A stretch of 63,987 nt of DNA, counting the filler, from Diploschistes diacapsis (lineage: Eukaryota): the NCBI GenBank assembly GCA_023645945.1. It is 13 parts of 13 records of this genome, joined end to end, with 100 filler letters (N's around TTAATTAATTAA, not from the genome) between each part and the next. Parts side by side here need not be neighbours in the genome. Positions count along the whole stretch, not along the records: positions 51,716 to 54,835 come from JALAIB010002000.1; positions 54,936 to 58,051 come from JALAIB010002001.1; positions 58,152 to 61,267 come from JALAIB010002002.1; positions 61,368 to 63,987 come from JALAIB010002133.1; 9 more parts are not named here. The stretch is one strand, 5' to 3'. Each line of letters starts with the position of its first letter. Within the stretch, counting starts at the first letter, position 1. Shown piece by piece: positions 53,015 through 63,987 of this stretch. The notes below the pieces were generated by a model that worked only from the letters and a program-made list of their open reading frames with translations, was not told where the DNA came from and ran no database searches. Position numbers and translations under genes: made by a program.

Positions 53015-54423
53015 CTACACCGCCTGCGCGGGCACCGCCATTCCGGGACTCATCGGGGGCTGCTGGCTAACGGGCAAGGGCGCCTGCGGGGCCGTGATCT
53101 GCGGCTGCTGTTGCTGCGGGTGCGCGATGCCGCCGTTGGCGGGCAGGTTGAGCTGCGAGCCCGCGGCGTCGAGCGGCTGCCGGAAGAGGACGATTTCGGA
53201 TTGTTTGAAGTAGCGGCGAGCGTCTGGGGGAAAGGAGAAGGGTAAGCGGGAGGATGAGGAGTAAGTGGGTTGGATATGGAAGGGGAAGGGGAAGAGGGGA
53301 AATTGGAATGGAGAGGAACGATGGGGTTTTGGAAGAGAATGGAAAGGGAAGGAGGGACGAAGAGAAAACTTGGCGCACCTTCGTCAATGAGCACGAGGGA
53401 GAGGTAGTAGCGCGTCGAGAATTTCTTGTTGACTTCGCGGAAAGTCGGGGTCAGGTCGAAGCCGCCGAGGAAGAGGCGGATGGGTATCGTTTCGCCGCGG
53501 GAGGGAGAGCCATCCATTATCTACCACAACTGTGTCAGTACAAGCCAGTAAAAGCCGAGACCGAGGAAGTAGGGAAAGGGGAAGGAGAAGGGCCTCTGGA
53601 GCAGCAAAGAAAGACAGACCTCAAACCGCACTAGCGTCTCACTCTCATTATACTGGTTCGGCGGCACCCCCGTGGTTTCCCTCCTGATGATACTCAACTC
53701 CATGTGCTTAATCTTCAGCCGCACCAGCAAAAAATAGATTCTCCCCACAATAACATCCTTCAAATGATACTTGCTCTTGCTATATTCGAATTCAATGTGC
53801 AGACAGTCCTCGATCCCGACGTCCATCTTTATACTGCTGTTCGTTTCGGGCGGTATGCGGTAGCTGTACACCCAAATCTCTTTTTCGCGCACCACATCCG
53901 CCATACGCCGGGATACTAGCACACGCACGTAATACCGTAACTTGACGTTGATGCCGTTGTACGATTCGTACTGCTTTTCGACGTTTTTGAAGTTGAAGTC
54001 AAAGGTCTGCGGGTGCTGCAGGTCGCCGGGTGCGGCGAGCTCCTGTGCAAGGGAGAGGAAGTCGTGGGTTGTGCCGCGGTCGTAATACATTTCTATGTGG
54101 TGGGTGAGGATCAGCTTGAGGATTCGTCAGGAATATGGCTTCGTGGAACGGCAAGAGAGCCGCGGAATCAAGCATGAGCAGAGTGTAGGAGTTGAGCTTG
54201 CTGTACCAATCGTCCCAATAAACTGCACCTTAATCCCCGTGTGCTCTAACCGCTTGTTATCCTTTGGCCGTATCGTGACCTGTCCCTTGACCGACTCGCC
54301 ATCTGCATAGAGCGGCGCCTTTTCTATCCTGTCCTTGTCCAGCTTGTGGCTGACTGTGGGCCTGTCGTCGCCATCTTCGAGGACGATGTCGATGTCGACC
54401 GGCGTGGAGAAGAAGTAGGACAT
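53015..54423 (-). CDS. VPS26: Retromer subunit Vps26 (Pep8), 4 exons
   Basis: MSYFFSTPVDIDIVLE, GESVKG.VTIRPKD.KRLEHTGIKVQFIG, IKMDVGIEDCLHIEFEYSKSKYHLKDVIVGRIYFLLVRLKIKHME, IMDGSPSRGETIPIRLFL, DARRYFKQSEI. Confidence 0.96.
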
Positions 54424-54935
54424 TGTGGGCTGCTGTGAGGGACGAAGGGGGGGGGGGGTCTTTTGCTGCGCGTAGCTCTCCCACCGTGGGTAATGAGATA
54501 AGCTCGTGATTGCTATTGCGGGAAGACGCGGTTGCGTACGAGAGAGTGCCTGCAGCTGTTTGCCTCAGGAGTCAGGACCCATAGCTTAGCCTAAGTCCCA
54601 TTCGGGTTAGCAGATGCTGACTTAATCATCAGCTACTAACTATAGCGTCGAGGAATTAACAATTTAACCTTCGCTTACGAAATTTAAATCTTTTAAACTA
54701 TTTTACGCTAATTTAGCCTATTTTATGCGTCATAAGCACCTCTTCCGGCAAATCTTCTAACGCTAGTAACTTACTTTACCACCTTTTGAGTTTTCGTCGC
54801 TGAAGCACCCCCCACACCTCCAGCACCCCCAGCACNNNNNNNNNNNNNNNNNNNNNNNNNNNNNNNNNNNNNNNNNNNNTTAATTAATTAANNNNNNNNN
54901 NNNNNNNNNNNNNNNNNNNNNNNNNNNNNNNNNNN

Positions 54936-55433
54936 ATTAATTTACTCGGTAATAATATAAATTCTTTAAATTTAATGAAGCCCGTAAGGATTAATAATTG
55001 TTTAAAACACGTCGAAATTATTTATTATCACATACGAGATCTTATTAAACAAAAACGTATTAGGATATCTTATATCTTTACCGATAAAAAAATTATTAAT
55101 AACTTACGAAGCCATTAAATTACTCGAAACACGACGTCTTTATTTAAAGACTTAATCTAATCTAAAGATATTTAATTGGATTATATAGATATACCGAACG
55201 ATTCCGCCTGTGAGAAAATGCTAAAGAGATAGGCAGAAGGCATGGCTAAGAATACGATTGAATTCTAGAAGGAAGTTCAGTTGAGCTGAACCTCCTGGAA
55301 TCTTAACTAGACCGGTTTAGGAACAGTTTACGTAATAGGGCTTAATGTATCCCACAAGGATAAAAGTCTGCAAAGTAGGATAACCTCCTAGACAGACCTC
55401 TAGACTTCAATATATCCATTACGTTGCCAAACA
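54936..55433 (+). mobile_element. RIP-degraded Ty1/Copia RNase H end followed by a probable LTR (~55209-55433)
   Basis: KHVEIIYYHIRDLI..K.I.ISYI.T matches Copia KHIDIRYH.IR...I...Y..T. A TG...CA bounded segment follows. Confidence 0.7.
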
Positions 55434-55639
55434 ATGGTTTATAATTAATGAAACTTGATTCTTATTTTTATATTTAATATATAATAATCTAATAATAGAT
55501 TTTAAAATACGCGAATAATAACTCGAGCGTTATTCTATTCTTTAAATTCCAAGTATCTCAACAGTGGTTAATATTCAATTCTGTTAATAACATTTATTTT
55601 AATACGAAGCTGCTAGTATCGAAAGAAATTCGAATGTAA

Positions 55640-55701
55640 ACTAAACAATAATTTAAAATGGCCGGAAAGGGGGAGGTGGCCGGTTAGACCGTCAAACATG
55701 T
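55640..55701. mobile_element. Fot1/pogo-type TIR
   Basis: Reverse complement ACATGTTTGACGGTCTAACCGGCCACCTCCCCCTTTCCGGCCATTTTAAAT has the same layout as 14451 and 3009. Confidence 0.65.
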
Positions 55702-55885
55702 AATCTGTATACATACGCTATGAAAACCTTGGGTGGGATATTACGCTCTAGGAACTTAATCTCCTGCGGAGTAGTTCAAGTCTTATTACGCTTCTGACTT
55801 TGCTCTAAAGCATCCTGGTTACCAAAAGCCCCTGCGGAACACGGCCAGTGGTACCGTCTAGAAATCCGTGGCCCCATTTGCTATC

Positions 55886-56278
55886 ATGGGTAAGTGCGTT
55901 ATGTTCATAGCTGTTGTTTAGCCTGTTGACATTGTGCTCTTTATAGTAAATCGCGAGCATCCTCTCAACGATGCACAGGCGCCGGTAGTATTTTTGCACT
56001 CACACTCCAACTAAAGAATAGTACTAACCGTTATATAGCATTCGGATACAACGTCCGAAGAGCTTGGCGTCTTGATCGATGGCTTGTTAAGTAATCTTTC
56101 TAATAAGTTCAATGAAATCACTTCAGAGATAACTGCCAAGAGTATGCGATTCAGTCGGTTGACTTTGGCATTAGCACTAATATTAAAATTAGTGGATGAT
56201 ATGTCCCGGAGGATTGACAATCTAGAGATGTCTATGCAGATGCAGCAGGACACCCCAGACCACACCCAACAATACTAA
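55886..56278 (+). CDS. HSBP1: Heat shock factor-binding protein 1 (76 aa, 4 exons)
   Basis: Splices to MVNREHPLNDAQAPHSDTTSEELGVLIDGLLSNLSNKFNEITSEITAKMDDMSRRIDNLEMSMQMQQDTPDHTQQY*. The L..L..KF..I...I..KMDDMS.RID.LE coiled-coil signature is present. Confidence 0.85.
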
Positions 56279-56563
56279 ACATCGAGGTCGACGAATTATT
56301 GGTTTTGTCCACCAGCTCCACTTGGCGAAGCTTTTGACCGCTGTCCACGGGAATCATTACATGGAACCGAGCTTATAGAATCCAGGATTGGGCCGCAATA
56401 TGAACCCATCAGATCTGTGTAAAAACCATCTTGTGTCATAGACAAGGCAGTTCCTGACTGGGGATTAGACGCAATCTCCTAAAGGTGCATGAGTGATCAA
56501 ACTTGACATAATTCTATTCTAACGAGTTGTCCTCGATCATGAAATTGATGGCATGCCTAACCC

Positions 56564-57785
56564 TTAAAGTTCTTCCTTAAAGCTTTCAATCTTCTCTTCC
56601 GCATCTACAACAAATTTGCGTAGAATGTTTGATCTGCTAGTCACATCGTCCTTCTTGGCCGGTGCCAAACCACCCTTCTCCAACATTCCCTCCAATCTCT
56701 TCAGCTCTTTCTGTGCATAGTCGCTCGAAGAACTCATTTTAGTTGCAACCCGCGAGTAATATTCTGCATACCTATCCGTGAGGGTGGTAGCAATTCTGGA
56801 AATGTCGTCGGATACTGAAGCCAATGTTTGACCGGTTGTGACCTTCGCGAGGATAAGATCCAAAACGTCAATAGTTCCAGCTTGAGAGTTTAGTCCACCG
56901 CCAACCGAGCGGTGAGTACCGGCCTTCTCGTTTAAGTATGTTACAAGGGCTTCCTCGGACCTAGCTCCAGTATAATCGAGAGGCACTTTTGATCCTCTGG
57001 GGTAAAACTTGATGGTAGGGTATGAGGTAACCCCTTGGTCTTTGGCAGTAGCTTTCGAACTCTCAGCTTCTGCATCGACTTTTGCAACTAAGACCATAGA
57101 TTCTGTAGCGAAGTCCTCGGCAAGCGATTCCCAGGTGGGTTGCAGCTGCTTGCAATATGTAGTGGCTGTCAGCAAAGCCTGGCCTTCATTGATTAGGCGA
57201 ACGTACGACCACACCAGGGCGCTGTAAAAGCCACTAGGATATCCTTGTCTCCACCAATTTTGTCTGCAAATGTCCTGTCCGTCAACATCTCAATAGCGCT
57301 GGGCGTAGGTTTTTTGGTCTTCGGTTTCACACCAGTCTTTTCAGTCACCCAGCTGCTCAAACTCTCGAGGTCCCTGCCTCCCTTATAATCCACTGGTTTG
57401 TCAGACTTGCCGTCGAACCATTTCAGCGTGGGGAATCCCTGGACACCGAAGCGCTTTCCCAGATCCTTATGCTCGTCCGCATTCACCTTTGCAATTATGA
57501 CTTTGTCTGATGCGGTCTTGAAACTCTCCGCAAGCTCTTCCCATACGGGCGCAAGATTCTTGCAGTCTGAACCTCAAGTTAGTAAATGTGAGAGCAGACT
57601 ATGACGGTACTCAGGGATGACTGACGCCCACACCAAGGGGCGAAAAATTCAACAAGCGAAGGTTTGCCTGACTTTAGCACCGCCGCGTCGAAACTGGACG
57701 GGACCAGATCTTGGACGGATGAAGCTCCGTAAACGAAGCTTACTAGTGACAGGCTAGTAGTGAGAAGGGAGTTGGAAAACTTCAT
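56564..57785 (-). CDS. tigA: Protein disulfide-isomerase TigA/Erp38 (2 thioredoxin domains + ERp29-like C-terminus)
   Basis: Signal peptide, LVEFFAPWCG|HCKNLAP, FGVQGFPTLKWF, FTAPWCG, GVTSYPTIKFYP, KELKRLEGML..GGLAP.K.D....RSNIL and the C-terminal ER-retention-like KEEL. Confidence 0.92.
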
Positions 57786-58035
57786 TGTGCTTGAGGTACG
57801 GTACGTGTATAGACACTGTGGCGCCCAGTTTGCATTATCGTTTTTGGACACTTGGAATTGCAATAGTAGCGCCGCGTAAAGCCGAACACGGCCCAACCCT
57901 TTACACTGATAAAGTAACGTCGCGTAAAATAGGGGTTGTCTTTTTTTTCATGGTAATTTACATAAACATATATTGGGTTTTAATAGAGTAATACTTCCGA
58001 TAGAAATTTAATATTATGGTCCGCTATAAGGAATA

Positions 58036-58051
58036 ACGTATATGCATAGCG
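58036..58051. mobile_element. Start of a Fot1/pogo TIR (family A) at contig end
   Basis: TA|ACGTATATGCATAGCG matches the reverse complement of 16593-16610 with one transition. Confidence 0.55.
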
Positions 58052-58719
58052 NNNNNNNNNNNNNNNNNNNNNNNNNNNNNNNNNNNNNNNNNNNNTTAAT
58101 TAATTAANNNNNNNNNNNNNNNNNNNNNNNNNNNNNNNNNNNNNNNNNNNNGGGCGGAGATTGGTGGGTGCTGGGAAGCGGTAGATTCGGGCGAGGAGGA
58201 TGGCGCGCGGGGCGAAAGAGGCGGGGGCTGGTGGTTACTCTGGGGGAAAAGGTACTTGGTGGGTTCTTGGGAGATTTTTGTCTGTAGGTGTAGAGGAGAT
58301 CGGGAGCTTCACAGAGGAATTCCAAAGAGAGCTCTCAAATCCGCGGAGATAAGTTGGAAGCGCTCCTCCGGCTAGTCCCGGCCCAAGGGTTTCCAATTTC
58401 TCCGTACCACCTCGGACTTCTCCTCAATTCTAGAGTCAAGCCGTGTCGATGAAACGATACAAGGAGTCCCAGGCGATCATGAAAGCAATTCACAAAATAG
58501 TCATTGCATTAGATACAACTGTTGAAGATATCCGAGCCGTAGCATGCAATGCAGTAAGTACAATAGTAAGGACAGACGGAGATCACAACCATGAAAACAA
58601 TATCCAGCTTCGTTATCCAAGAAAATGAGTTGTCATAGCGACCGCACTTTGCGGCTTCCTGCCTTCAATTCTCCTTTCGCGTCTCCCCGCTTACAAAAGC
58701 CTTCTGCCGACAAGGCCTT

Positions 58720-59296
58720 TTAGCAGACTGAGAAGACCAGGTTACCGCTGGAGGCACAAGCTTTGGTGGCGGGCTGGTCGGGACTGGTGTAAGCTTCCTG
58801 GCAAGGGACTTGGTTGGCCGGGCAGGTGACCGTAGGGCAGGAAGCAATGGCCGGTCGGAGGACTTGGAGGTCGGCAGAGAAAGGGTCGCCGTTGATGAGG
58901 GACAGGTCGTAGTAGACCTCAGAGCCGGCCAAAGTGTATTCGAACTGGGCAATGGGACCACCGCTGACCGGATCGGCGGGAGACTTGTCCATCTTGATGC
59001 TGATACCGGCGCCGCTGCCGCTTAGGTGGAATTGTTCGGAGTAAGAGCCGCCTTGGCCGATGGTGTGCTCTCCGCCAACGACGGAGCCGACGCTACGGAG
59101 ATTGATGTCGAAGCCGCAGTTGTTCACAACGATGGCATTGCCTACAACAGCACCGGCTGGCGCGGGCGCCTCAGTGACACCAGCAGGGAGAGGGAGAATA
59201 GAGTGTCAGGCGTGGTGTTAGGCGCGGTGTCTGGGTAGGGGTTGCGAGAGCTAGGGGTGCCATCATGGCAGCAAGGGCGAAAGCGGTGTACTGCAT
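58720..59296 (-). CDS. Secreted Bys1-domain (thaumatin-like fold) protein; apparent 1-bp frameshift in the N-terminal linker
   Basis: Signal MQYTAFALAAMMAPLALA, then GNAIVVNNCGF, GISIKM, QFEYTL...VYYDLSLINGDPF, CP..TCP....C..AY..PD..ATKAC...NLVFSVC*. ATG-to-stop length is 577 nt, not a multiple of 3. Confidence 0.78.
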
Positions 59297-61901
59297 CTTG
59301 GTTGTGGTGGGCTCGAATATCCAGAATGAAAGAGTGTGAAAGATTGATGAAGAAAGATTGATGAAGAAAGCTGGAGACCGAAGACTGTACTGCTTGATGC
59401 TGCTACTGGCGATATCGAGGAGAAAGAGGAAGACATCACAGCCTTTTATACTTAAGTTTGCCTTTCATCTTGCTGTCCATCTTGCTCGGTCTACTCGCTT
59501 TCCATCGAAGGGACGGCTCGTTGATGTTACCTGTTCGGGAGAGTCGAGTCTGTCGGCTATGTTGCGCGACGGATGCCGACTTTTGCGAAAGCCACGAGAG
59601 AGAAATAGAGCGTTGCAGAACTATTGTCATGTGGCCAATGAAAAATGTTTGGTTCGAGGTAATTGGGCCATACTACGGGGCGACAACTTGTGTCTGCGAA
59701 GGACGACAGAGAGGAACAGCGTTGTAGAGCTGTTAGCATGTGGATAATGAAGATCTGTTCGTTCCTAACCCGGAATTACAGTACCACATCCTCTGACCTG
59801 ACCTCCTATCTGCGTGATGGTCTCATTGTAGGCTTAACGTCTCGCAATGCTAAGTCGCTCATCATAAGGCAAGCGAGTGTTTGGAGTTATGGCAGCGAGG
59901 GGCTGAGAGCTTTGTGAGTCTCTTTCTGCTGGGTTCGGATGACCACCACGTCAGATTACTAAACGAGGAGTTTGAACATTCTTATGCCCTGCATGTCCAT
60001 CATGGTAGAGGGATACGATTCAAGGCCTGGGCAACATGTTCATTAGCAGACCATCACAGATCCACCGGTCAGCCGTAACTAGCGGCTGAAGGTGCTTCCA
60101 GTCTCGAAGTCGAAGTGCTAGCGAGATTTCGGCTTTCATTGACAGCACGCTTTTGGCAAGCGTGGCATCGTCGGGAATCACCTTATTTGGGGAATCTGCA
60201 AGTAAATCGTGTGAATATGAGGGAGATTTGACACGACTACAACGAAGGACGCTGCCATCGATACAGCATGCCGTTACTGATGGCTTTGCCACCAAACGCG
60301 TACAGTAAGCAAGATTGTACTGTAAGCGCGGCTCGCAGCCCACACTTTAGGGGCCGCGACTATTCAAAGACTGACAACAGGCAGTCTTGCAACAACGGGA
60401 GAGTTCATGAACAGATGAGGAAGGATCGGACGACAAGTTGTGAGGCACCCGATGCGCAGGGCTGAGATGGCGTTGGAACTTATTTCAACTTGGCGACTAC
60501 TAATGAGCAGCTACCAGCTCAAGATCTGAGCAGATCTCACGGCAGACAGACCTTGAATACTGCACCGAAATGGAGGACCTGCGAGATCTCTGCCAGAAGA
60601 AAACCTCGGGACACGGTTACGGAGCGGCTCATGGGTTGCGACGCTGTTAACCCATCTTGTCAGCCGTTCTCGTGCACTCGGGAGATCTTTCACGTTAGAA
60701 GGTAGATATCTATCATCGTCTACCACGTGTGGCTGCTTTGAGTCGCAGCTGAGTAGCCAAGGTAACCTTCCTACAGGCCGGACTGAGACGGCTGGAACTC
60801 GAATGGCGAGCTGAGGCTAGAGGGAGATCCAAAGCGATTACTACTGTAGCTGCCATGCGGTAGGCAGTTTTTTGACTACCTTTGTCAGTCGCGCCATGTC
60901 GACCTGTCCCTTGGTTTTTACGATTCAGTATTTGTTGTTGATGTTTCAGGTCTTATCTTCACGTGCGGATCAATTGCCTCTCATTTTCTTGCTCATGATC
61001 GATCAACAAAATATTTATATGTGGATTGTAAATGGCTCGTATATGACGTGTTTTCCTAGTAAAGACTGTGTGTTTTACGAATCAACATATCGCTGATTAC
61101 AGGAAGCTCCCTCAGGTACGTACGTGCCCTCGACGAACCCACCCGTAGCGCTACCAGAGCATTTTGCAGCGTCACCACAAGCCCCAACGCCCCGACGCCA
61201 GTCCATCCCCCCCAAAGACGCACCAAAACCCTATCTTCCAATCCCAGGGCATTAGGGCCCCCAACCCNNNNNNNNNNNNNNNNNNNNNNNNNNNNNNNNN
61301 NNNNNNNNNNNTTAATTAATTAANNNNNNNNNNNNNNNNNNNNNNNNNNNNNNNNNNNNNNNNNNNNCCCCCACACACCCACCTGTGCACCTGAAGAAGC
61401 TGTTTCCACGAGTTCAGTGAGCTTTACCCGTCGGTACTAACTTGTAATTTTTCGTAACTCCTGAGATGGGCAGGCGCCTTCTCCCGCCAACTTCAGGCCC
61501 ATGCAAGAGCGTTTCAGACCTAGTACAAAATAGGCCTAAGTTAGCTGAAGCTCTCCCCAGAACTTCCGGGGTTTCTTCTGATCGATCTGAAGCATCCGCC
61601 AAGCTTGCATGGGTAAGCATACTGCATGCATACAAGTCAGAATACAGCCACGCATCAGAGGGAAAACCCACTTCTCTACTACCTCATGGATTTATTCTCA
61701 TTTTCTTCAAACTCAGATTACAACCTAATACTGAAATGGGCACAACGAGTAGATCACGCAACTCAACTCAGTTGAAGACCTTATTAAATGGTGGGGTTCT
61801 GCAACGCTGCGGCTCGACGAACCCCGATTCCGAATACTATAAACTGGTCGGGAGGCGGGGGAAATTTCTGGCTTTGGGCACTCTGTAACGACGGCCTCAG
61901 C

Positions 61902-61915
61902 CGGTATAGGTAAGG
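61902..61915 (+). promoter_or_regulatory. Possible AmyR-type site (CGG-N8-AGG) upstream of the alpha-glucosidase, with CreA-type SYGGRG motifs nearby
   Basis: CGGTATAGGTAAGG lies about 860 bp upstream of the ATG, with GTGGGG near 61791 and GCGGGG near 61855. Short motifs that could arise by chance. Confidence 0.25.
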
Positions 61916-62769
61916 ATAGTAACGGCCTGGTTCCAGCAAGGCTACTGCAAGGCGAACCCCCGCAAAACGCTATTCGGGCCGACTACCGTTGCAGAGACGG
62001 AAATGGCTTCCGCCAGAAGCTTGTTTGCTCCGTAGTAGCGGAATGGTCCAAGAGGCAGCCACAACGACATCTTTGCTACGATTGACTGATCGAACATCCA
62101 TTGTGCACGTGGATACGATAGTGCCTCAAAACCAACTGCAGCCACGCAAAATGAGGTTCGAGAATGCTATCAGACCATCCCAACTGAAGAGCATCGTGCT
62201 CCATGCGTTTCCTCAATGGTCATGACGGGCTCGAACATAATGTGTGCATGCAGGTGGGCCATAACACGCTTCAAGAGCTAGAAAATTTGATCCCACCATC
62301 TCACTAATTCTAGCTAGCCTCGGTACGGAGAAAAATGATCGCCATGATGGTTGGAGATTATTGGAGACCCCACGAGGGAGGGAGAAACGAGTCCTTCTGG
62401 CCCCCCAAAACCTTCACCTCGGCCTTATTCTTGATCCTATTTCGCCGAAGCGTGCATACAACTCAAGATGAATGCTGCATTGGCTCTAACCAAGTTCTTT
62501 CTTTCCTATCGGACCTTTCAGTTTTACTTCAGGCATTTATCTGTTTTTGAAAAGTTGACAAGATGCCCTTGATGACTTTGAGTATTCTATGAGGCAATTA
62601 CCAAATCTTTGACGCCGAATTATCGTCTCAGGAACTGTCCTATCTAATTGCCCTTCACGGTGTTGCAAGACTGCTTGTTTCACGAGGTCTTGGTGTTTAT
62701 TTTCTTTTGTCTCCTGCATTGTTCTTGCTGCTTCATCCTTCGCTTCGATTCCGATCTAGCTGGGTCAGA

Positions 62770-63987
62770 ATGGCCGCCGGGATCAATGGGGCAAGCGAAC
62801 GCATCTGGTGGAAAGATGGTGTCTTCTACCAGATCTGGCCTGCATCGTACAAGGACGGGAACGGTGATGGCATGGGCGACATTGCAGGTATCATTGAAAA
62901 GCTCGATTATTTGAAAGAGCTTGGTGTCGATATAATCTGGGTATCGCCCATGTTTCAGAGTCCCCAAAAGGATATGGGCTATGACATTTCGGACTATGAA
63001 GCGATCGACCCCATGTATGGATCTCTACAAGATGCGGAGAAGCTAATCAAAGAGTGCCATGATCGCAACATGCGTATAATCTTCGACCTTGTAATAAATC
63101 ACACGTCAGACGAGCACGCATGGTTCAAGGAGTCTCGGGCCTCCAAAGACAACCCTAAGCGGGACTGGTACTTCTGGAGGCCTGCCAAGTATGAGAATGG
63201 CAAGCGGAAGCCTCCAAACAATTGGCGGTCTTATTTCGGGGGCAGCGCGTGGCAGTGGGACGAGCATACCCAAGAGTACTACCTGCACCTGTTCTGTCCC
63301 GAGCAGCCGGATCTGAACTGGGAAAATGATGCTACCAGAGAAGCAATATACAGCAGCGCTGTCAAATTTTGGCTGGACAGGGGCATCGACGGATTCCGGA
63401 TTGATACTGTCAATATGTATAGCAAGTCACAGGACTTCCCCGATGGATCGATCAAGGAGCCCGGAGCCGAATATCAGATGGCACAAGAGCATTGGTGTAA
63501 CGGACCCCGCATGCACGAATTCTTGCGTGAATTGAATGACAAAGTTCTTTCACGCTACGATTGTGTCACAGGTTGGTAACCTTTTCTCTCTTTCATGCAG
63601 TTCCCTATGATGCCTATACTTCTCGTCCACCTCTTCTCACAGCTTGCTGCCCCCTATCCCACCGCTAACAGGGTCGTCTCGAAGTTGGCGAACTCAGCAG
63701 TACTTCCGACATTGAGCATGTCCTCCGCTACGTTTCCGCAGGGGACAAGCAGTTGAACATGGTCTTTCAGTTCGACATTGCCACCCTCGGCATGGCTCCT
63801 TACAACCGCCACAAAACCCACCCGATTCACCTACCGGACCTAAAAGCCGGCTTAACCCGCCTGCAACACCTGAGCACGAAAACGGACGGCTGGGACACGG
63901 TATTCCTCGAGAACCACGACCTAGGTAAAAACACAACCCCTCTTTCCCCCCCATGTCCCCGTATCCCACAATGAAGCACCCCAGCAG
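62770..63987 (+). CDS. GH13 alpha-glucosidase/oligo-1,6-glucosidase (maltase), 5' part
   Basis: WWKDGVFYQIWPASYKD.NGDG.GDI.GIIEKLDYL, DMGYDISDY, DLVINHTSDEH, QPDLNWEN, GIDGFRIDTVN (catalytic nucleophile), VTV|GEL, FLENHD. Runs off the window end. Confidence 0.95.

Noticed and set aside
59300..62760. ncRNA or TPP riboswitch in the long intergenic regions upstream of Bys1 and GH13
   Set aside because: GCTGAGA occurrences lack the rest of the TPP aptamer, and no tRNA, 5S or snRNA signature was seen by eye.

Overview
Eukaryotic DNA from a filamentous ascomycete (Pezizomycotina-type intron-rich genes, RIP-like AT-rich repeats). The window is not contiguous. It is 13 contigs or contig pieces joined by an artificial 100-bp linker (N44-TTAATTAATTAA-N44): twelve of about 3.1 kb or less and one of 25.8 kb (25831-51615). 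Apparently intact genes: SDH4, KIN28/CDK7, a DnaJ protein (5' end), a secreted Cys/Trp-rich protein, MRPL16, D-amino-acid oxidase, an OTU deubiquitinase, RPS14, an AusD/UstM-like methyltransferase, VPS26, HSBP1, tigA/ERP38 PDI and a GH13 alpha-glucosidase (5' part). RIP-degraded sequence includes Fot1/pogo, Tc1-like, Gypsy (chromovirus), Copia and hAT-like elements, plus a highly reducing PKS. Most notable: (i) a run of six indel/nonsense pseudogenes (NmrA, 2-hydroxyacid dehydrogenase, MFS, PTH11-like, isopropylmalate synthase, SnoaL) ending in an intact methyltransferase, which looks like a decaying specialised-metabolism neighbourhood; (ii) a 606-bp TRIM-like mini LTR retroelement; (iii) a RIP-killed PKS; (iv) repeated transposon ends just upstream of housekeeping gene starts. 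All calls were made by eye, and no database searches were run.
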